Assembly (NCBI GenBank): GCA_002633005.1
Contig: NMRA01000272.1
Location: 62,001 to 126,000 of the forward strand
Direction: 5' to 3'
DNA: 64,000 nucleotides
Origin: Phoronis australis
Lineage: Eukaryota; Animalia; Phoronida
Shown here: piece after piece, positions 53,397 through 64,000 of the stretch
How positions within the stretch are numbered: the stretch's first letter is position 1
Layout: each line of letters opens with the position of its first letter
The notes under the pieces: model-generated
Database searches by the model: none
The model's input: the letters and a program-made list of their open reading frames with translations, nothing else
What the model was told of the DNA's origin: nothing
Program-made: the position numbers and the translations under genes

Positions 53397-53473
53397 CTCG
53401 GTTCCTCTTGTTTACAATGTCCCACTTTTGCTGTTGACGCGCCGTTATCCAACACAACCATGGACGTCGCCAT
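53397..53473 (-). CDS. ACTR6: Actin-related protein 6, coding exon 1
   Basis: caagATGGCG start; MATSMVVLDNGASTAKVGHCKQEEP(R) contains the actin-fold LDNG motif; donor AG|gtagtt, phase 2, matches exon 2. Confidence 0.93.
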
Positions 53474-53735
53474 CTTGAATTTAGTGACTCCTGGTGGCAG
53501 AGTAGTAAACTACGAACTTCACGAGCGTGGCGCTGTTGTACGTGAACTTGGACAGGCGTGCGTTTAGTAGATGCTAGGACCTAGGCTAGGACCTAGCTAA
53601 AACCTAGTCAAAGTCACGTGTTTTCGTTTGAAATACACGGAAATATCTCGCGAAGTCTTGCTTTTTAGCGAGGTCCTAGCGTTACTGAACGGGAGGCTAG
53701 TCAAAGTCACAAAATACACAAGCGGAAGTGAGTGT
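53474..53735 (-). promoter_or_regulatory. ACTR6 proximal promoter/5' UTR
   Basis: CpG-richer region directly upstream of the ATG; YY1-like cgccatctt overlapping the start, tctcgcga at ~53646, gcggaagtg (ETS-like) at ~53722. Confidence 0.5.
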
Positions 53736-54819
53736 TGCGTGAACTCGGAATAGAAATTTATTCCAAGTTCACTCATGATTCCAAGTTCACGCACAACAGC
53801 GCAACACCCAGTTAGCCTTACGTAGCAAATGTGGGCTGTCAGTGCCATTTAATCTCGTGTAAAAGCTATTCATGTTTACGATAACCAAAAATAGCTTTCA
53901 AATTACGTTGTTTTGTCTAATTATTGTCTTGTTTGGAGACCAGTGTCTGGTTGTATGAAACAGTTTAACTAAGTTCCTAATAGCGTATTCCGTCGTGGAC
54001 TTATGAAAACACTGATTATCCTTTCATCGCTAAATCAATTTTTGGCTTTTCATACAAAGCAAAAATGAATTCTACCTTGAATTTTCAATATTATCGAAAA
54101 TAAATAGGGGTCTTTTCATGCAACGCCTCTAATTGAAGGACTAAGCCCCTATTCATGCTCACAAATTCAGCCACTCCATTATTGGAAAATGTCATAAATG
54201 AAAGAGGGGCTCATAATAGTGAAATGATAGAAAAAAGATTACTTCTATGTGTGAAGAAAGATACAAATACGCAGTAGATTTAGGGAACTGGGCACACAAA
54301 GGATCTAGTTTCGCACTAGAGACTCCAAAAATAAGACAATAACCGTTGAAGGTGCGTAGGCCTGCTGACTGCAGCGCATGTGAGTCAGTACATGTGTCGA
54401 TATTTTCAACCAAATAATGCCAAAATGGCCTCATCTATCTTAAGTGTTCGACGCCGAATTTCCTGTTCTATATACTGTGGAACTTGAGACATATGTAGCA
54501 GTCACCTGGGGCTGACCATCTGTAACTGCCCGATCACGAGTAGTGATGAAAGTTCCTTTTTACGCTCAGAGCAGCAGAAAAATAACCACATAAGCAATGG
54601 CCGGGGTTCAACAATAACTCTTTGAACCGTGGTAGATTATTTGTCGTGCGCAGTAGTGTGTGATGCTGGACAAAAGATTGCTGGGAAGGTTTACACTCGG
54701 CCAGGTTGATATCGGCGCTTGTAAAGCGCAAAGTGGGCTTAGCACTAATGAGCCAGAAACATGTAATGGTGATAACAAACCTCTTGGATTCGAACGCTTG
54801 TAGTGCAGTCAGACCAGGN

Positions 54820-54851
54820 CGTGCGTGTGTGTGCGTGTGTGTGCGTGTGTG
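54820..54851. repeat. (GT)/(GCGT) microsatellite next to a gap
   Basis: cgtgcgtgtgtgtgcgtgtgtgtgcgtgtgtg directly after n at 54819. Confidence 0.85.
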
Positions 54852-57800
54852 ATTGTCGAAAAGTTTTAGTGAGTTTACTATCAGTAGTTTTTTCGTTGAT
54901 ATTATTGGCATTCCATATTTGTCGCATCGGTGTAATCGCAACTCCTTTATAATAATTTTTATTCATTGGGAGTTGCTGTTGAAAGTCTAGACATTATCTG
55001 ACTAAACTCCGGAAGATCTTTCTCTCCGCTAGTTAAACTTTGTCCAATAAAACAACAGGATGCACATAATAAATAATATTTTAGATTACGAGTAACTACA
55101 AAAAATGTAAAAATTTGTCAAAATTCGGAGCATCAGTCAATGAAACTTGAAGGTAAAGTGCGTTGTAGGATATTTTTTCAAAATATTTTACTTTTTAGTA
55201 ATGTATGGCCTACCATCAATACGTGGACCTTTTTGATTGTTCCAAAAATATTGATTATCATTGTTAAAATTTCATGAAGTACTGGAAATAAATAAATTTA
55301 ATTCAAGTCTGTATTTCGCTAGCTATGATATAAAAATCGAATTAGGCCTTTTACTCTCATCAAGTCGGTTTGATAATAGTCCTTGCCGTGAAAGGAGTCT
55401 ATTTCCGTCGTCAACTCAAACCACAACCAACGCCTACGTGCTTCATATACGAGTTCAAAACTTTAAAGTTAACCTCAGTCAAGTTTGAAGCATTTTTGGT
55501 TGTTTCAATGCTCTTGTTAGTTACGGAAAATAGAAGTATACCACGGCAAGGAATATTATGGGATTCAGTGGTTTTACGAGAGTAAGTGGTCTGATTAGAT
55601 TTTAGTTTTTAGCTAGCTAAAGAAGACGAAATGCAACTTTGAAATAAATAGTTATTGGCACTGTTGGTTGACTCGGATGCGCTTTTCGTAAGTAGATTTT
55701 CGCTATAATTTACGAAAAAGACTGTCGCGCGCCCAAACCAGTGGTGCAAAGTCCGTTTTTCTGCTTCCAGTTTTAAGGAAAATAGTTTAGAATTATGCCC
55801 AGGACAAAACACAACTGGAACATTTAATCATTTAACATATAAATGTTTAACTTTAAATCAAAAAGGCAATTTGGCAAGGTTTGACAATAAATGAATCTCG
55901 TTTTATACTTAGTCATTGTTACACGTTGTGAATGCAATGTTGCCCCGACACAAGTGACTACGGTTAATATTAGGAAACTTAAAGCTTCAGTCACAATCTA
56001 TGATACGACAATCATTACCACGACTGAAAAATGTCAGAACAATTAATCCCATGATTTACAAGAGCATTATCGCTCACTGTTGTGACAGTTGGTAAGAAAT
56101 TTACTGAAATTTCCTGTCATCAGATAGAGCAATTTTCCGAAGTTACGAGAACATGTTCTACTGACTACATTCTGTGTGTAGATGGATGATATGCTGTATA
56201 ATGTTTAGGTCTATGACGTGGAGCTGCTTTGGTACAAGATGTGACATCTGCGACGACCGCGGAGGGAACGGGCGGATGGCGGTGATATTCTTAGCTACCC
56301 CAATAATATACCGACAATGGAAAATGTAAAACAAAAACATTTTACCGACTAACTTTCCTATCTGATTTTCAGATTAATGTGAATCGGGCGAGGGGAAAGA
56401 AATAATTATTCTTATAGGCTTAATTCAAAGTTTGCTTTTTATTTGTGAGTGACGGCTACTATCTTATTTTTATTCTAGATTACGATGAACAAAACTTTGT
56501 AATCCCTATTACGTCGACAGCTTTTTGGTAGTCATTTTCAAATTTTATTCACTAAAAGTTGTATATGCTTTAAAAAGGCTGAATATGAACATGTTTTTTG
56601 AAAAAAATATTCATGAATACAGGCATACTGAATCTTTCTAGTTTCTCTAGTTTCAGAGGAATGGAGTCACGGAATAGATACTCAGTTTATATTTGACGCC
56701 CGGGGGCCTGTCTGTGGTCAGACGCTAAACTTGCAGTGACTCAGAAATCAAAGTTGAGAATGCGTCATATAACATAGACACGTGAATCAAAAAAGAACGG
56801 TTGGTTCTGATCTGTATCCGACAAATTTTGAGACCTGCGCTCACCGATTAAAAAATGGAAAAATGCCCGTCAGTACCAATCTCCGCTAAAGCATTGTGTT
56901 TTTTTTTTGAAAATCTGCACAAAAGCCGGCAGGCCAAGCAAGCTCAAGAAATCCCGCATCAGTTTTACCCGTCTTGGGTGAATTTTCGTGCTTGAAGAAG
57001 TGAACAACTAAAATATACAGCGCCACGAACTCCGCTGAAACATACTACAACCACCCATGCATTTTTTAACTTATCTTTTGTTGAACCGGGCATCTACACT
57101 TTATGAGAGTGACATAGGAGTTACATGGAGTTGAACCAATAACCTGGACAATGTTTCGCGACTAATTTATGATAATAACCATGTAGCCAGATAACTTTAT
57201 CAGAAATTCTTATCAGCAACAACCTATATCCTTCCCGGCTAAGTCACAGGTTTTAAATTTTGCTAGCCGGTAGCCTACTGCTTGCATATATACACAAGAC
57301 ACGTACTGAGCTGAAACCACTTGCAAAGATTCCCTCGTTGACGAGTTCATCACTTTTGAAATGTGTATTTTTGTGAATAATATGGTCAACCAAACCACTT
57401 TACTGGTACATTTTTGTATTGGTTCAGACACTTCAGGAAACAATGTTTACATAATCGCTGCTATCACTCTGTGCAAATAGCAACAACACGATGCGCTCAG
57501 CTGTCGACCTTTGAAATTCAACGCCGTTGCCTAGCGATGTCAACAAAGGCTGTGTTGTAATCTTTGANGTGCGCATGTGCTAGTTCCCAGTGGTGAAACT
57601 TTGGTCTGCGTTCGAGAGAACCATGAACTAAAACTCTGCATTTCATCAAGTTTTACTGAAAAGACATTAGTTTGGCTGTTTAGTTGAGGTATGTACATGT
57701 ACTTGGTTCTGTTGTTGAAATTACTTTGCCCCTTTTATGTATTAGTGTTCACACAAACTTCTGGTCAAATCCGTCGCGGTTGATCACTCACTCAGTCTCG

Positions 57801-58930
57801 ACCGGTGTGCTGGACCAGACCACTGTTGTTGGCGAAAAAAAATCAATTGTTTCTGGTATTCGAATACAGATAACCCTCCTGCAAGGTTTCTCTCTCCCTT
57901 TCCGAGGCTTGACGTATCCAAATTTGCCATTAACTAGAATTTATTCTAAATACGAATCACTTGCTCTGATTGACAGAAACACCGGGCTGAAGCACTGATT
58001 TTGTTAGCACCGAACCTGTTGATTTTATTGATTGCTTTCGATAGCTAATCAACTACGAAACAATGATTAGGGTTCGGTTGTTTTTTTAGATTCCCTTGGG
58101 TTAATTGACCTAGTTAAGTGTTGTTGGTTTACATACTTATCAGTCCCAGAAATGAGACAATATATCTTTCAGAGCTTGTTTGGCGGGCCCAGGGCTAGGG
58201 CTTGTTTTCTTCATCATGTAATGCAGGCCTATTTGTTTAATAAGTTTTTCTAATACTGCGAGTTTCTTATTGGATCTAGTGACTGCATTGCCGGTGGTAG
58301 AATTTAATCCTCTGATGAATGTTTTTTTGTCGTTTGAAGTTTAATTTTTCCTTTAACTTGGGTCTTAAAAGTGGCTATCCCATCCCCGGAATAGGGTTGC
58401 TTGGCTTTGAAAATTATGACTGTACAATCCAAAAATGAAAATTTTTCGCTCCATATGTATACCTGCTTTAAATAAGCTGAAATTGAGTGTCATTATACCT
58501 GTTACTGTTTACCTGGCTTTAAAATAATTTTTAGATGCAATTATGGTTGTATTGATTGCTATATTTTTATAATGAGTGACTTGAGAATTAGCCATTCATA
58601 TTAATACCCTATGACTGAATATCTACATGCTAAGATTTTGAAATCGGAGAACCATTCTTATAAGAAAATCATAAAAAAGGAGTTCCTCTCAGCACCGTGT
58701 CCTCAGTGCCCACTGTGTGCCCACTCCCCCCTCCCCCTGCCAGATGAATGTACACATACATATTGTGATTCACCAGGGAATCATTGCTTTCATTTCTGTA
58801 TAGGTAATAAACAATAATTTTGTTAGGCCAGGTAATTAGCGGCGGGAGTGGACTTTTTATTTTAATGTTATGATGTGTCTGAAAGTTGTGTCGCAAATTG
58901 GCGTGGCAAAGTTTGTCTTATGGGTCTGTG

Positions 58931-61240
58931 TCCACTGAAAGACTATAATTGGCTAATGCCAAATCATGTGCTTGGACATTAGCTTTTGTTGCAAACCATG
59001 TTCCTGGAGTGCCATATGAAGTTATTAGATATATTTTTAGGGGTTGTTTTTCAATCAACTAGAGGCCTGGCAATGCAGATATGACTTGCAGTTCCAGCCT
59101 TTACGTAGAGGGCGTGCATTCTGCCGCTGCACCATCTGGTGATAATTGAGTTTCCATATTCAGTGCGAGCAGTATTTCTGTGTTCCGCAAATGCTTTAAA
59201 CTGATGCTTGCAAAGAAAATTGTTGAAAAAAATGAAATAAATATTAGCAAGGTACATTTTTAAGGGCAGGTAGAAATGATAAACATATTTATTTTTTACT
59301 TAGGCTTAACTGGAGACCATTTTTCCTTGGTAAGAGGGGTATTCTCAGGTCAACAGTTTCAATCTCCAAAAAAATTCAGGTTGAAATTTGAAATTTCAAG
59401 TCTAAAGCAAGAATTTCAGGTTAGAAAAAGTTCCTTAGATTGCTGCCAAAATTGCTGTTTTCAATTTTGTCCACCCTCAGTTAAACCCATCAGAAATCTC
59501 ACCATCCACCGATGGTTTGTGCTACTTGAATATGGAAAGCCATTCCTATTTCCAGGTCAAAACTACATGAAAGTTTGGTTAACCGAGTTCAAGTCTGGTC
59601 AAATTTCCAGATAAATTCGAGTAAAAGCAGCTGTTACGTCACATAGTATGTGTGGATTGGTTCCAAGAAGTTTTAGTAATTCTCAGCTTTGCTCGAGTAT
59701 TGATCTGTCTTGGCTAACATCACACTTTATCTTTTTGTGAATAATTTGAGTGCTTATCTATCAGAGATTGTCAAACTCAACCATATAATGAAGAAATTAA
59801 CAAACTTGAAAGAGAAATATTGACTTGGTGTCAGAATTACCGTAATCAAATCTCTCTTGCTACCTAAGCTAATTCATTTGTCCCTTGCTTTGCCATCGCC
59901 ATTCAGACAATCAATGAAACGCCTTGAAGAAACGTTTTTCAGGTTTGCAGTACATTTTACGATCTGTATGCAAAATGCCAGAATATATTTTGCTCTGAAG
60001 TTTTGTGGTGACTGTGTGCAAAATTTGGGATATATTTTTGATGGAAAATGAAAAATTTCAACATCATACAATCTGCAGTATAATTGTAAATAATGCAAGT
60101 TTTNTCCACTGAAAGACTATAATTGGCTAATGCCAAATCATGTGCTTGGACATTAGCTTTTGTTGCAAACCATGTTCCTGGAGTGCCATATGAAGTTATT
60201 TTAGATATATTTTTAAGGGTTGTTTTTCAATCAACCAGAGGCGTGGCAATGCAGATATGACTTGCAGTTCCAGCCTTTACGTAGAGGGCGTACATTCTGC
60301 CATATTCAGTGCGAGCAGTACTTCTGTGTTCCGCAAATGCTTTAAACTGGTGCTTACAAACGAAATTGTTGAAAAAATGAAATAAATATTAGCAAGGCAC
60401 ATTTTTAAGGGCAGGTGGAGATGATAAACATATTTATTTTTTACTTAGGCTTAACTGGAGACCAGTTTTCCTTGTTAAGAGGGGTATTCTCAGATCAACA
60501 GTTTCAATCTCCAAAAAAATTCAGGTTGAAATTTGAAATTTCAAGTCTAAAGCAAGAATTTCAGGTTAGAGAAAAGTTCCTTAGATTGCTGCCAAAATTG
60601 CTGTTTTCAATTTTGTCCACCCTCAGTCAAACCCATCAGAAATCTCACCATCCACCGATGGTTTGTGCCACTTGAATATGGAAAGCCATTCCTATTTCTT
60701 GGTCAAAACTGCATGAAAGTCTGGTTAACCGAGTTCAAGTCTGGTCAAATTTCCAGATAAATTCGAGTAAAAGCAGCTGTTACGTCGAACAGTATGTGTG
60801 GATTGGTTCCAAGAAGTTTTAGTAATTCTCAGGTTTGCTCGAGTATTGATCTGTCATGGCTAACATCACACTTTATCTTTTTGTGAATAATTTGAGTGCT
60901 TATCTATCAGAGATTGTCAAACTCAACCATATAATGACAAACTTGAAAGAGAAATATTGACTTGGTGTCAGAATTACCGTAATCAAATCTCTCTTGCTAC
61001 CTAAGCTAATTCATTTGTCCCTTGCTTTGCCATCGCCATTCAGACAATCAATGAAACGCCTTGAAGAAACGTTTTTCAGGTTTGCAGTACATTTTACGAT
61101 CTGTATGCAAAATGCCAGAATATATTTTGCTCTGAAGTTTTGTGGTGACTGTGTGCAAAATTTGGGATATATTTTTGATGGAAAATGAAAAATTTCAACA
61201 TCATACAATCTGCAGTATAATTGTAAATAATGCAAGTTTT
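58931..61240 (+). repeat. ~1.15-kb near-identical tandem duplication joined at an assembly N; each copy carries a Tx1 RT fragment
   Basis: 58931-60103 vs 60105-61240 differ by scattered SNPs and small indels; RITVIKSLLLPKLIHLSLALPSP...FFRF (~59830-59945, ~60970-61085) resembles 8940-9060. Confidence 0.9.
59070..59141 (-). pseudogene. Degenerate tRNA-Gly-like sequence
   Basis: GGTGCAGCGGCAGAATGCACGCCCTCTACG resembles the tRNA-Gly D-arm/anticodon region GGTTCAGTGGTAGAATTCTCGCCTGCCACG; T-arm lost. Confidence 0.35.
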
Positions 61241-61761
61241 GTGAGTGCTAGTAAACCGATTGCCATGAGTAAGTGGTCTGCTCACTAACCGGAAAATGAG
61301 GCCTCTTCTGGGAATCCTGAGATATTGTGAATGAAAATTGTGGGGCATATGTTTTTTGTTTTGGTTTTCCTATATATATTTTTCGGAGTTTACAAAGACT
61401 GTCGCTCGAAGCATTTCTATTTTAAATTGTTTTCATTGAAGTTGAGTCCAACAACTCAATATCTTCTGTCAAGTTGCGTGTTCGAGTTCATTGAGTATGC
61501 TTGACTTCCTACTCGTGTTCAGTAAGAAGTGGTGGTGGATATACAGCAGTTGGTGCCAAAGCTGAGCTGCCAGGCAGCAGTCTCAGCAAGGCTGAATTTG
61601 GAGACAGAATTTGGACATTGGAGAATCATCTTTCAATTCCTTTCAAAAAGCGAGACAGCTTACGATCGTATAAATGAGGGTTGTGACCGTTATCTCGATT
61701 CAGGAGAATAACAAAAAACACCTTGAGTTCAAGATCACCTCATTTATTCTGTAGTATCTAT

Positions 61762-62182
61762 AGTGCCGTTTACACTTCAAAAGTTGACACGGATCAGCTG
61801 ACATGGAACGAGTTGTTCCAGTGTGTAAACGGGACTGACACGGAGCAAATTGACACCGCGGTGACAAATTTTGCCACCATTTGTGAGGTAGAGCAATTTG
61901 CGCCCGAACATCTTGCTCCGTGTCAATTATATGTTTAAACGCGAAACTGGGGCAAGGCGGAAAGGATCATCTCTACTGCGCTTGCATAATGACCTACGTA
62001 CGGGTTCTTTGTCTCTGTAACTCTCATCATTTGTAAACCTGCGCATGTGCGATCCAGTCTCTCCAGCCTGCAATTTCCATCTTGTCACGGTTAGTGAGTT
62101 GTGTGTGTAAACGGCCGCTTGACACGGAGCAATTTGATCCGTGTCAAGCTGCCGCGCCAAAAGTTGATGTCTAAACGGGACT
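61762..62182. mobile_element. PIF/Harbinger-like MITE
   Basis: TIRs agtgccgtttacac / gtctaaacgggact, TSD tat/tat, inverted internal gacacggatca and repeated tgtaaacgg motifs. Confidence 0.75.
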
Positions 62183-63263
62183 TATGCCCTGATGTTAATC
62201 TCACTCAGTTGTCATAGCAACGACATGAAGTAAAATGCTGGGTAGCACATAACTTCACCCTTATAATTCTTTGTTGCTGGACCCAAGTTTTTTCAGCATT
62301 TGTGAGTGGTTTTGAATTATTTGGAATTGAAACCATACCAGATTTTATGAGTTTTGACAAAGTTTTGATTTTTTCAACAAAATATTTAGTTTTAATGGAA
62401 AATTATGTAGAATTTGATTTTACTTGAATGTTTGTTGTATTAATTCCCAAAATCGTGTCCAGCAATTTTAAACCCTAATGTGTCTAAAACTGATTGAAAC
62501 GAACATGGTTTTAATTTTTACTAGTAGTGTTTGAAAACTCCCATTCACGTGCCACTGGTGTGCTCTGTTTAACGATATTTTGAGTAAAATATTTGTTTTG
62601 TCTCCATTCCTGATCAACCATTTTTGCTGCAGTTTCAACATATTTCTCAAGTTCAAGTCATGCTTACTACATTACCATAAAGAGCTAGTGGACTGATCCA
62701 TTTTCAAATAACCTGTATCAACACTTGTATTGCATTTCGTTCAATGAATTTGCAAAAAACTAATATTAGAAGGTCTATTTTGTGAGATTACAGGGCTTGT
62801 TTACCTGTTAACTAAGGTGAAATGTAGCTTTAGGTGCTGTTTCTCTGGCAAATAATTTCTATGAAAAAATAGAAAGTGACATGAAGGGATCAGCAAAGGG
62901 CCCGCGTCTTGGCTCTGCATTCCCATGGAGCTAACACACTATCCGACTCTGTTGACCACAGTCTGTGTTGGTCATTTGTGTTTGTCCAATAGAAGTGTGT
63001 GCTGAACCAAGATGTGCCAGGCTCTAGTGTTGCTTGGATACAGTAGAAAATACACTCCAGGGAATCAGTTATAAATTTAAAAAAGTCTTTCAAAGTTAAT
63101 CAAGGATATGTACTTCTACTAAAGATAACGTCAAAGGGACATTTCTATTTTTACGGCAAAAAATGCATTTTTGGAATTATTTTTGGACAAGATTGTCTTT
63201 TTGAAGTTGTTAGCTTTGACCAAGGCTAGGAAATAATAAAATTCATTGTTTTTTTGGTGATTG

Positions 63264-63419
63264 CAGTGCTGTAGTGGAGCGTAGGCGCACGTAGGCACAG
63301 CCAACCACCTTTTGGCATTTGAACGTAGCGCCTACGTACCGTAAGTTACGTTCAGTGCTCAAGGTGATACGGTGGGCTTTGGGCGCCTACTTACCTCTAA
63401 TTTTACCACTACAGTGCTG
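63264..63419. mobile_element. hAT-like MITE (156 bp)
   Basis: Termini cagtgctgtagtgg / ccactacagtgctg; 8-bp flanks ggtgattg / gatgattg. Confidence 0.75.
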
Positions 63420-64000
63420 GATGATTGTATTAAATTTATTTCCTTTGTCTGCCAGACATTTGCTGAAATCAAGCCAGCAGAGCATTGGACTGTGACTGCA
63501 AGTGTTCCTGGTTGGAGACTTTGCTGAAGCTGTTCACAGAATATCACTTTTCTTTCAATAGTGTCACTTTAAATATTAAATTATTCACTGGAAACCATTA
63601 ACCCCGCATGCAAAGTTCAGGTGCACAGTGGAGCCTCCTGTCTAACTTGGCTGTTAATAAAATCAACATTGGCACTGAATTCTGGTCTCTTGGTTTTGTA
63701 TTTGCACAACTGAAAACTTTGATGGTTCTTCATTTATCAAGGTTACAGAAAAGTGACCCATCCATCTGCGCAAGAATTGACAGCTTTTCTTGGTGACAGA
63801 GCTTTAATTATATATCCTGTTGGTGTGAATGATCTGGGTTTCTTTTGCTTACCGAAATTAACAGACTAAATATGGTTAATGCAAGAGTTCATAGCAAAGG
63901 ACTGCAGTGCTAAAGACCTGTTGTGGGCTGAGTTTTTTCATTATTCGTTTTGTTGGCGTTTTCTTTGTCTGCTCTGCAGTAAATGTTATCTGAATAAGCA

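Overview
AT-rich eukaryotic (animal, most likely a marine invertebrate) genomic DNA with spliced genes and dense transposon debris; four single-N assembly joins (40204, 54819, 57568, 60104). Main content: (1) on the + strand, three phase-1/phase-1 exons (Ig, Ig, TSP1; 422-3502) that splice in frame across a ~16 kb transposon-filled intron to a large terminal exon (19613-20901) encoding a transmembrane helix, a helical cytoplasmic region and a domain resembling the microtubule-binding stalk head of dynein heavy chains. This implies a candidate Ig-Ig-TSP1-TM-(dynein-MTBD-like) receptor whose 5' end lies left of the window. (2) On the - strand, coding exons 1-4 of ACTR6/ARP6 (53473-42160); I could not find the remaining exons. 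(3) Decayed non-LTR retrotransposons: a Tx1/L1-clade element nested in another with a 12-bp TSD, and a CR1/L2-type element with a 2A-like motif, split by a TIR element. (4) Many non-autonomous DNA elements: an inverted pair of Kolobok-like elements with THAP remnants, plus Harbinger-, hAT-, Merlin- and Helentron-like elements. All domain and family calls are from motif recognition by eye; no searches were run.
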